From assembly GCA_045650505.1 (NCBI GenBank), contig JAZRRE010000010.1, forward strand, positions 15,258 to 79,257: a stretch of 64,000 nucleotides of DNA, given 5' to 3'. Positions 55,738 through 64,000 of the stretch are shown one piece after another. This DNA comes from Clostridia bacterium. Its GTDB lineage: Bacteria > Bacillota > Clostridia > Christensenellales > UBA1242. The first letter of the stretch is position 1. Each line of letters begins with the position of its first letter. The notes under the pieces are model-generated. The model searched no databases, was not told the DNA's origin, and was given only the letters and a program-made list of their open reading frames with translations. The position numbers and the translations under genes are program-made.

Positions 55738-58700
55738 ATGAAAATAAATTATATTTTATCAGATACAACAAAAGGTGCAACATCGGCTGCACTTCAAAAT
55801 GTTATCAAGAAGGCGGAGTCTAATCTTTTTAATGATTATGTGGTGATTGTGCCTGAAACAAAGTCAATTATTATTGAAAAAGAGCTTCTTTCTTTATCAA
55901 AAAATGGCGCATTTGCAAATATTTATGTTTATAGTTTTGTAAGACTTATTAACAGACTAGGTTTTGTGTCTGCTGAAAAAACTATGTCAAAACAAATTTG
56001 CATACTTTTGCTTCGCAAAATTATTTATGATAACTATGAAAATTTAAAGTGTTATAAAAAAACGGCAAAAACTATTGGTTTTGCAGAAAAAATGTATGAA
56101 ACAATTGCACAGTTTAAATCAAGTGGGGTTTCCGCCCAAGACCTCAAGCTTTCTCTTGCAACAAAAGCAGAAGCACTTAAAGCTAAACTTGAAGATATTG
56201 TGCTTTTATATGAAGAGTATGAAAAAGTGCTTGGTGAAGACAGTTTTGATGATTTGGATAAGCTTGCATTAATTGCAAAGTTTGCTAAAACAAATGAGTT
56301 TATTAAAAATGCTGAAATTTATGTGGTTGGGTTTGATAATATTACTTATGAAATGGTTTCGGTGCTAAAAGAAATGGCAACACATTCAAAAGAAATTACT
56401 TTTTCGTGTGTTTATTTTAATGAAAATAGAGAAGATAGACACATTCAGACAAATGAGTTGTATTCAAAGTATAAAAGAATTGCCGAAGAACTTAAATATC
56501 CTTATGTTCCAACATTTGTGAAAACTAAAAAATCAGGTGATTTTTATAATATTCAAAATTATTTATTTGCAAAAAAGCAAAAGACAGTAACACCTAAAGG
56601 TCAGGTTGAAATTTTTGAAGCAAAAAGCAAAAAACAAGAAATTGATGCACTTGCTTCTAAAATTGTTTTAGAGATTGATGGTGGCAAAAAATATCGTGAT
56701 ATTGGTGTTTTTGTTTGTGATTTAGAGGCTTCTAAAAACTTAATTAAAGAAGTGTTTGAGGAATATAACATTCCTTATTTTATCAATGAATCGCACGATA
56801 TCTCTGGCCATTTCTTTGTTAGGTTTATTATTGGTGCTTTTGAGCTAATTCAAAGCAAATGTTCGGCAGAAAAAGTGCTTAATTTTATTTCAAATCCGCT
56901 TTGGAAAAATGATGATTATTCATTGTTTTATAAGTATGTTCAAGAGATAGGTATGTCTTATGAGCAAATGCTTGAATTTGAAGATGTGACAATTTATTCA
57001 GATGCTATAAACAAAAAATTAAAGAAAATAACAGATAGGCTTAAAGAATTTTATTTTGAATTTAAAGACAGGCTTAAAAATTGTTTAAAATTCAAAGATT
57101 ATGCGACAGAAATAAGCTATTTGTTTGAAAAATTTAATGTGAAAAAAACACTTGAAGAACTTGCTGAAGATGAAAGAAATAACGGTTGTTTTGTTGAGGC
57201 TGAAATAATTGAACAGCTCTTTGAAAAACAAGAGAAATTTAGCAAGGCGGGGGCTGTGTTTATGGGTGAGCTTGAACTTTCACTTGAAGAGTTTGTGCAA
57301 ATTTATTTCACAGGTTTTTCATCAATGAAGCTCAATGTTTCGCCTGTGTCGATAGACTGTGTTATTATTCAAGATAATACAGATGGTTTCTTTTCAATAA
57401 AAGATATGTTTATTGTTGGGGCGGAAGAAGGTAAATTTCCTGTTAAAATTGATGATAGTGGCATTATTTTAGATAGAGAAATTGAAGAAACTATTAGTAT
57501 TATTGGCAAACCTGTTGAACCAACAGTAAAAGAGATTAATAAAAGAGAAAGTTTTAGAGTCTATGAAGCATTTTTAGAGCCAACAGAAAAACTTTTTGTG
57601 TCATATAGTTTAAATGGTTATGATGGAAAATCTTTAAAGCCTGCAAGGGCGGTTTTAAGGCTTGATAAACTTTTTGGAGAGAAGTTTATTCAAAAAAATT
57701 ACACAAAGCCAGAGTTTGTTGGATATGAAAATTATTCTAAAAAATTTGCTAAAAATATAAACAAATTTTTGAATGGAGAAGAAACTTTAAGAAGTGACTT
57801 AAATAAAGAATATAGCAGACTTTATGAGCATTTGGGTTCACATTTTAAAAATTATTTAGAAAACTTAACTTTTACAGATAAAGATTTTGTTTTGAAAAAT
57901 TCAAATGGACTTTATTTTTATGGTGACAAAACAAGTGTGTCACAACTTGAAAAATATTTTAATTGTCCATATTTATTCTTTGCAACTTATGGACTTCGCT
58001 TAAAAGAAAATAAAAATGCAAAACTTTCAAGTTTAGATGTGGGTACAATTATTCACAGAGTTGCAGAACTCTTTATTTATGAGGTTAAAAACCTTGAAAA
58101 TGCAACAGATGAAGAGTTTGAAAACAAAGTTAAAGATTTGTTAAAACAAGCTGTTGAAGAATCTAAAATTATTGTGCAAAAAAATCAGGCAATTCTTGGT
58201 GTTATCTTGACAGAGTGCAATAAACTTTGCAAGAGTATTTTTGTTGAGCAAATAAATTCTTCATTTAAACATAAGGTGTCAGAATGGAGTTTTGAGGGTG
58301 AAAGTGCTATTACTCTTAATCTTTCAAATGGAAATGTGATTCGAATTGAGGGCAAAATCGATAGAATTGATGAATATTCAAACTATGTTCGTGTTATTGA
58401 TTATAAAACCGGTGGAATTGATAGTGAATTTAGTTCAATATATTTTGGCACAAAAATTCAGCTCATTTCCTATGTTTCAGCTGTTACAAAATTAGATGGA
58501 AAAAAAGTTGCTGGCGTGTTTTATCTTCCGGTGCATAGTGATTATGCAACTAGTGAAAAAATGCTTAAAGATATGTATAAAATGGAAGGTTTTTTACTTG
58601 ATGATATTGATGTTGTATTAAAGATGGATGCAACACTTTCTCTTGAAAAGAAAGAAAGCAATTTTGTTCCGTTTAAAATTAAAGAAGATAAACACAAAGG

Positions 58701-58995
58701 ATATGATTTTTCGGGCACACATAGCCATAATTTAAGTGAAAAAGACTTTGAAAATGCCAAAGATTACACAGAAAAACTTTGCACGGGAGCAATTGAGGAA
58801 ATTTTATCGGGTTACATTGAGCCTTCGCCAATTTCTGCAAATGCATCAAAAGGACTTGCAAGATGTGAATATTGCAAGCTCAAGGGGTTCTGTGGTCTTG
58901 AAAAATCAAGATTTAAATTTGGAAGAATTTGCTCATCAAAAGTAAATGTTTCAAGTTTTGATTTAAACAAAAAAGAGGAGGTGCAAGATGAGTAA
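55738..58995 (+). CDS. addB: ATP-dependent helicase/deoxyribonuclease subunit B
   Basis: It lies directly upstream of and overlaps addA. The C-terminal RecB-like nuclease has Fe-S cysteines (CPYLFF...CEYCKLKGFC) and IDRIDEY...VIDYKTG. ATG 55738 is preferred (SD GGAGA). Confidence 0.85.
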   Translation: MKINYILSDTTKGATSAALQNVIKKAESNLFNDYVVIVPETKSIIIEKELLSLSKNGAFANIYVYSFVRLINRLGFVSAEKTMSKQICILLLRKIIYDNYENLKCYKKTAKTIGFAEKMYETIAQFKSSGVSAQDLKLSLATKAEALKAKLEDIVLLYEEYEKVLGEDSFDDLDKLALIAKFAKTNEFIKNAEIYVVGFDNITYEMVSVLKEMATHSKEITFSCVYFNENREDRHIQTNELYSKYKRIAEELKYPYVPTFVKTKKSGDFYNIQNYLFAKKQKTVTPKGQVEIFEAKSKKQEIDALASKIVLEIDGGKKYRDIGVFVCDLEASKNLIKEVFEEYNIPYFINESHDISGHFFVRFIIGAFELIQSKCSAEKVLNFISNPLWKNDDYSLFYKYVQEIGMSYEQMLEFEDVTIYSDAINKKLKKITDRLKEFYFEFKDRLKNCLKFKDYATEISYLFEKFNVKKTLEELAEDERNNGCFVEAEIIEQLFEKQEKFSKAGAVFMGELELSLEEFVQIYFTGFSSMKLNVSPVSIDCVIIQDNTDGFFSIKDMFIVGAEEGKFPVKIDDSGIILDREIEETISIIGKPVEPTVKEINKRESFRVYEAFLEPTEKLFVSYSLNGYDGKSLKPARAVLRLDKLFGEKFIQKNYTKPEFVGYENYSKKFAKNINKFLNGEETLRSDLNKEYSRLYEHLGSHFKNYLENLTFTDKDFVLKNSNGLYFYGDKTSVSQLEKYFNCPYLFFATYGLRLKENKNAKLSSLDVGTIIHRVAELFIYEVKNLENATDEEFENKVKDLLKQAVEESKIIVQKNQAILGVILTECNKLCKSIFVEQINSSFKHKVSEWSFEGESAITLNLSNGNVIRIEGKIDRIDEYSNYVRVIDYKTGGIDSEFSSIYFGTKIQLISYVSAVTKLDGKKVAGVFYLPVHSDYATSEKMLKDMYKMEGFLLDDIDVVLKMDATLSLEKKESNFVPFKIKEDKHKGYDFSGTHSHNLSEKDFENAKDYTEKLCTGAIEEILSGYIEPSPISANASKGLARCEYCKLKGFCGLEKSRFKFGRICSSKVNVSSFDLNKKEEVQDE

Positions 58996-61900
58996 AGAAA
59001 AAGAATTTAGCTGGACTGATGAGCAGATTGATGCGATAACAGACAGAGATAAAAGTTTGCTCGTTTCTGCATCTGCTGGTTCGGGTAAAACAACTGTTAT
59101 GATTGCAAGAATCATTGAGCTTATGCTTGGCAAAAAGGCAGAAAAAACTCCTATCACAAACTTCTTGATTGTGACTTTTACAAAAGCAAGTGCAACTGAT
59201 ATGAAGAAAAAACTTATTGATGAGCTTTTAAAACTTGATGCAGATGACTATATTTTGGAACAAATTGAAAATGTTTCAATTGCTGACATTTCAGACCTTC
59301 ACAGTTTTTATTCAAAACTTATATCAACTTATTTTTATGAAGTGGGAATTGACCCAGCTTATAAGATTGTTGATGCTGATGCGAGTGTACTTTTAAAAGA
59401 TAGGGCAATTTCAAAACTTTTTGAAAACAAAGAAAAGTCTGGAGATGTTGATTATTTCAGGGTTTATGATATTTTTCAAAAGAAAAGACAAAACACTGAT
59501 TTGAAAGAAACAATTTTTAAATTTAACGACTTTTTAAACTCAATCAATAATGGAAAAGTTTGGTTTAAAGAAAGACTTGATGAGGCATATAATTTAGATT
59601 TAGATACAAATGTTTGTGCAACACTTATAAATAATTATGTTTCAAATTCAATTTTGAAAGATGTTAAAATTTGTGAAAGTTTTGCTGACAAGTGTCTAAA
59701 ACTTGGTTGTAATGAAATGTATGATTATTTTTCTAAAATGGCTGATGAACTAAAAACTGTCAATAAAAATAATTCATATTTAGTAAATGCAAAAAATGTT
59801 TATGAAATTTCTTTTGATAAGGCAAAGAAAACTCCAAAAGAGTTTGACTATTTAAAGCCTGAAGCAGAAAAAATTAAAAAGCATATAAAAGATAGTCTTA
59901 AAAATTACAAGACAAATTTTGTGTCTAGTGATAAAGATGAGCTTATTTTGGGGCTTTCTTCGGTTAGAAATATTTTAGAAACACTCTTTAATTTAACTGA
60001 AGAATTTGATGAAATTTATTCAAAACTCAAAAGAGATTTGAATGGTTTAGATTTTAATGACCTTGAAAAATATGCACTTAAAATTCTTGAGAATGAGGCA
60101 ATAAAAAAGGCCGTTCAAGATAAATATAAGTATGTTTTTGTTGATGAATATCAAGATATTAACGAAGTGCAAGAAAAAATAATTTCTCTTGTTTCTGGAA
60201 AAGAAAACAGGTTTATGGTGGGCGATATTAAACAAAGTATTTATCGTTTCAGACACTGCGACCCTGAAATTTTTATTTCAAAAAGCAAGGAATTTTCGAG
60301 TGAACAAAATTATGCTAAACTCATAAAGCTCAATGCAAACTTTAGAAGTGATAAGAAAATTTTGAAGTTTGTTGATGAGGTTTTTTCTGGTGTTATGACT
60401 GAAGAATTTGGTGGTGTTGACTACGCAAAAGACTCACAATTTGTTGCGGGAAAAGACAATATTGATGCTCCTCTTGCTGTGAATTTGTGTTTTATTGATA
60501 CCACTAAAAAAACACAAGAAAAAACTGACGCGAGTGGTGTTTATTCGGTTAAAAATCACGAAAATATTATGGAAGAAGAAACCGAAAAAGCGGTTGCTGA
60601 AGCTGGTTATGTTGCAAATAAAATTTTAGAACTTGTGAATCCTCTTAATGAAAAAGCAATAGAGTATAAAGATATTGCAATATTAGTGCAATCTAGAAAT
60701 GATGATACCAATAGATTTTTAGAGGTTCTTCGCGGGTTTGGAATTCCTATTGCAAGTGATGAAAAAAGTGATTTAATGGCAAAGAATTATATTCAGGAAA
60801 TTTATAATTTTATTGCCTATGTTTGCGCGGGTAATGATGATATTTTGCTTTTCAAAGTGTTAAAAAGCAAACTTTTCAATTTTACAGATGAAGAACTTGT
60901 TGAGCTTCGAAAATTAAATATGGGTGCTAAATTTTATGAGGTTATAAATTTCTTTGAAAATCTTGAAGATGAAACCTTAAAGGCAAAAGTTAAAGAATTT
61001 AAAGAGATTTGTGAAAAATATCAAAAACTCGCAAAAACAAGAAGTTTTGCAGATGTTGCAAAGATGGTGGTTCAAGAATTTGAGCTTTATAAAATCAATA
61101 TGTTTGAACTTGAGGGTGAAAAAATCAACGATGAAATTGATAAGTTTATTTTAAAACTTCCTGAAAAGACATCTTATGAATATTTGTCAACATTTCAAGA
61201 TTTATCAATGGTTTTTGAAAGTGAATTTTCAGGTAATGCAGTTACCGTTATGACCATTCACAAGTCAAAAGGTATTGAATTTAAAGCGGTTTTTGTGGTG
61301 GGAACACGAAAGAAATTTAATCTTCGAACAACCACTGAAACTGTTGTGTTTAATAAAAATTTCGGTGCAGGGCTTGATTATTTTGATGCGGGAACTCGAA
61401 CAAGAAAACCATCGGTGGTAAACTCTGCTGTTAAAATTTATGAAACTAGAAAACTTGTTGAAGAACAACAAAGACTTTTATATGTTGCACTTACTCGTGC
61501 AAAAGAGAAATTGTTTATTGTTTGTGCAAAGAAAAAAGAAGATTTAAAAGAAGAATTTTCAGCAAGGCCAACAGCATTTATAAATTGGTTTGAAAAAATG
61601 ATTTATAATGAGCTTGAAGGCAAACATAATGATATAGTTCATTTTGAAAGTTATTCAATTTTTGACCTTATCGATGTAAAACAAAAAGAAATTACTCAAT
61701 TGCTTTTAAAGAAGGAAGATGTTGAAGGATTAGAAGAACGCATTTATGAAAATAGTGCAAGTGTTGATATTCCGCTTAAAAGTTCTGTATCTAAAATTCT
61801 TTATAAAAATCAAAATAATTGTGCAGAAAAAGATGAAGATGATGAAAATTACGAAAAATACAGACTTTCAGAAGAAGCTATTTCATCGGCTGAAAGGGGA

Positions 61901-62365
61901 ACTGCTTATCATAAATTATTTCAATTTGTTAATTTGAAAAATCTTCAAGATATTGATAAAGCAGTTGAACTTGCAAAATCTTATTTGTCGCAAGAAGAAC
62001 TTGAATTAATTGATGAAAAAGTTGCTTGCAAAGTGCTTGAATTAGACTTTTTCAAAGAAATTAAAGACACAAGCATAATCTTGAAAGAACGTGAATTTTA
62101 TGCTAATTTGCCTGCAAATATTTATAAAAATGAGGCAAATGAAAACGATAAATTTATTATGCAAGGTGTTATTGATCTTTTGATTTTTGATGGTGAAAAG
62201 GTTGTTTTGCTTGATTATAAAACAGGAAAATTAGATGATAAAAAATTAGAAAAATATAGTTTCCAAATGAATATTTATGCTGATGTAGCTGAAAAAGCAT
62301 TTAACAAAAAGATTACTCATAAATTTTTATGCTTAATTGATTTACAAAAAATAATAGAAATTTAA
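58988..62365 (+). CDS. addA: ATP-dependent helicase/nuclease subunit A (UvrD-like helicase plus RecB nuclease)
   Basis: The motifs are VSASAGSGKTTVM, FVDEYQDIN, TIHKSKGIEF and LLYVALTRAKEKL. The C-terminal nuclease reads GVIDLL...LLDYKTG. Confidence 0.9.
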   Translation: MSKEKEFSWTDEQIDAITDRDKSLLVSASAGSGKTTVMIARIIELMLGKKAEKTPITNFLIVTFTKASATDMKKKLIDELLKLDADDYILEQIENVSIADISDLHSFYSKLISTYFYEVGIDPAYKIVDADASVLLKDRAISKLFENKEKSGDVDYFRVYDIFQKKRQNTDLKETIFKFNDFLNSINNGKVWFKERLDEAYNLDLDTNVCATLINNYVSNSILKDVKICESFADKCLKLGCNEMYDYFSKMADELKTVNKNNSYLVNAKNVYEISFDKAKKTPKEFDYLKPEAEKIKKHIKDSLKNYKTNFVSSDKDELILGLSSVRNILETLFNLTEEFDEIYSKLKRDLNGLDFNDLEKYALKILENEAIKKAVQDKYKYVFVDEYQDINEVQEKIISLVSGKENRFMVGDIKQSIYRFRHCDPEIFISKSKEFSSEQNYAKLIKLNANFRSDKKILKFVDEVFSGVMTEEFGGVDYAKDSQFVAGKDNIDAPLAVNLCFIDTTKKTQEKTDASGVYSVKNHENIMEEETEKAVAEAGYVANKILELVNPLNEKAIEYKDIAILVQSRNDDTNRFLEVLRGFGIPIASDEKSDLMAKNYIQEIYNFIAYVCAGNDDILLFKVLKSKLFNFTDEELVELRKLNMGAKFYEVINFFENLEDETLKAKVKEFKEICEKYQKLAKTRSFADVAKMVVQEFELYKINMFELEGEKINDEIDKFILKLPEKTSYEYLSTFQDLSMVFESEFSGNAVTVMTIHKSKGIEFKAVFVVGTRKKFNLRTTTETVVFNKNFGAGLDYFDAGTRTRKPSVVNSAVKIYETRKLVEEQQRLLYVALTRAKEKLFIVCAKKKEDLKEEFSARPTAFINWFEKMIYNELEGKHNDIVHFESYSIFDLIDVKQKEITQLLLKKEDVEGLEERIYENSASVDIPLKSSVSKILYKNQNNCAEKDEDDENYEKYRLSEEAISSAERGTAYHKLFQFVNLKNLQDIDKAVELAKSYLSQEELELIDEKVACKVLELDFFKEIKDTSIILKEREFYANLPANIYKNEANENDKFIMQGVIDLLIFDGEKVVLLDYKTGKLDDKKLEKYSFQMNIYADVAEKAFNKKITHKFLCLIDLQKIIEI

Positions 62366-62446
62366 AATTTAATGCATAATTTATTAGTTTTTTTTAATAT
62401 ATTATGTTATATTAAAATAGTATAGTAATCGGAGGTTAAAAAAACT

Positions 62447-64000
62447 ATGTATGATTATTTGTTAACTGTTTTTAAACTTATTATCGGTCTTATTACTGCT
62501 GAAAGATTAATTTATGCATCTATTGCAGCACTTGCAATTTATATTATTTGGATTTGCTTTTCACTTGCTTTCAGTTTTCAACGCAGATTTAACAGAAATT
62601 GCGTAAAATTGTATAATTTTGTGAAAAAGAATGGAATAAATGCAAATGACAATAATTCTGTAGATATTAAAGCAAGTAAGATTTCAAGTGGTTTTTCACA
62701 CGGCTGGAAAAAGTTTAAAACTTCATCTTTTGGTAAACCTTCTGATTTTATCACAAGAAGAGATGCTCTTGATGTTGAAGTTAGCGGTGGTGTTTTAAAC
62801 CAAGGCAAAACAATTATGAGAACTTTTGTTAACATTATTACTTTTGTTTTGTTTGTTGCTAACTTTGCTTATCTTGGAAACAATAGTACAATCACATTCT
62901 ACATTTTAGCAGAATCAATGGTGCTTCCAACTGTTTTATTTGTTATTTTAAAAATATTATATTTTGTTTACACATCTGTAAAGCAACAACTCTATAAAGC
63001 TGATATTGAATGTTTATATGAACTTTTAGATTTGCTTGACCAAGTGTTTGCAAAAGGGGATAAAGCTGTGATGGCTCAAATTCCAACTTCTTTCGTTCAA
63101 GGTGAAGATATGATTGCAACAAGTGAAGGTGAAGAACTTCCTGTGCTTGAAAATAAAGAAGAACCTGTTAGTGTTGAAACTGAAGAAGAGATTCCTGTTG
63201 CTGAAGAAGAAGTTTCTGCAGTGGTTGAAGAAAAAGAAGAAAATGAAGAGGAGAGTATTGCAAGCAAATATGACTTCTTTAAAAAGAAAAATATTGACGT
63301 AGATAAAATTTTGAACGATGGCGCAACAATGTCTAGTTCATCAGCACTTCCTTATATTAATGTTGATAGTGATTACGTTATCAAAGATGATGAAGGTGCT
63401 GTTTCAAAAACAATTACAAATCTTGAAAACGGAAGTGAACTTCTTGGAAGTATGATGCAAGATATGGGAAGCATCAAAAAACTCAAAAAAGAAGAAGAGG
63501 AAAAAGCTGAAGCTGAAAAAGCTGCTGCAGAAGCAGAAGCTAAAGCCAAAGAAGAAGCTGAAAAAGCTGAAGCGGAAGCCAAAGAAAAAGAAAGTGATGA
63601 CCCATTTGGAAATCTTGGTCAATTTGAAGTTGCAGAAAATGCAAAAATTGAAATTCAAGAAGATGTTGAAAATGTAGAAACTTCTGCTGAAGAAACTGAA
63701 AAAATGGAAGAAACAGAAGAAGTTGAAGAAGTTAAGCTTGAAATTCCTGATGTTGAACCTATTGAAATAGAAAAACCAGAAGTTGAAGAGATTGAACCAG
63801 AAATTTCACAAGATGATATTTCTGATGAAAGAAGAGAAAATATAGCTTCAGTTGTTGGTGGATTCAAGGCAAAATCAAAACTTGCTAGTGGTGGTGTTGT
63901 TATTGAAAGAAATCAACCAATTTCAAGAAGAGAAAAAACTCCAACTTATACAAATGATTATAATGATGAAGAAGACGATTATGATGAAGGAAATAATTAT
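62447..64000 (+). CDS. Membrane protein with a long Glu/Lys-rich acidic tail, partial (continues beyond the window end)
   Basis: Absent from the ORF track because it has no in-window stop. ATG 62447 has SD GGAGG 11 nt upstream, and 518 codons are open to position 64000. The N-terminal TM helices include LIIGLITAERLIYASIAALAIYIIWICFSLAF. The tail reads EEEKAEAEKAAAEAEAKAKEEAEKAEAEAKEKE. Confidence 0.7.
   Translation, partial: MYDYLLTVFKLIIGLITAERLIYASIAALAIYIIWICFSLAFSFQRRFNRNCVKLYNFVKKNGINANDNNSVDIKASKISSGFSHGWKKFKTSSFGKPSDFITRRDALDVEVSGGVLNQGKTIMRTFVNIITFVLFVANFAYLGNNSTITFYILAESMVLPTVLFVILKILYFVYTSVKQQLYKADIECLYELLDLLDQVFAKGDKAVMAQIPTSFVQGEDMIATSEGEELPVLENKEEPVSVETEEEIPVAEEEVSAVVEEKEENEEESIASKYDFFKKKNIDVDKILNDGATMSSSSALPYINVDSDYVIKDDEGAVSKTITNLENGSELLGSMMQDMGSIKKLKKEEEEKAEAEKAAAEAEAKAKEEAEKAEAEAKEKESDDPFGNLGQFEVAENAKIEIQEDVENVETSAEETEKMEETEEVEEVKLEIPDVEPIEIEKPEVEEIEPEISQDDISDERRENIASVVGGFKAKSKLASGGVVIERNQPISRREKTPTYTNDYNDEEDDYDEGNNY

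Overview
This is a low-GC, Bacillota-like chromosomal segment using the standard genetic code (TGA is a stop). Most gene ends carry clean hairpin plus T-run terminators.

The left 6.6 kb looks like the right-hand end of an integrated mobile or defence island. It runs up to the 3' end of tRNA-Ser(UGA). In order it contains:
- a window-truncated OLD-family ATPase (minus strand, absent from the ORF track)
- a divergently transcribed 606-aa protein with seven zinc-ribbon modules around a Vsr/DUF559-like nuclease core
- a roughly 400-bp ORF-free array of eight tandem hairpin units, whose stems differ between units but stay complementary
- a further roughly 340-bp ORF-free region with nested stems and two SD-driven mini-ORFs
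- a small ORF
- an XRE-HTH plus 2-TM protein operon
- a three-operator switch (TACCAAATGGTA x3)
- a second HTH gene
- a large serine recombinase

Just beyond the tRNA lies a 1265-aa Upf1-like SF1 helicase fused to a Vsr-like nuclease.

The rest is a mix of three kinds of genes:
- Housekeeping: asnS, tsaC/sua5, mntP, cmk, comFC, secA, class I lysK, addB/addA and a U32 peptidase.
- Envelope: an LtaS-like sulfatase-fold protein, a YidC-TagF-like fusion and a membrane-anchored papain-like protease.
- Orphan clusters: four genes after tRNA-Asn at 20.5-24.9 kb, and three genes at 46.4-51.9 kb that include an 1198-aa glycine-zipper protein.

The best candidate for something undescribed is the covarying hairpin array together with its neighbours (zinc-ribbon nuclease, OLD ATPase, HTH switch). 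All functional calls rest on motif recognition by eye. No database searches were run.
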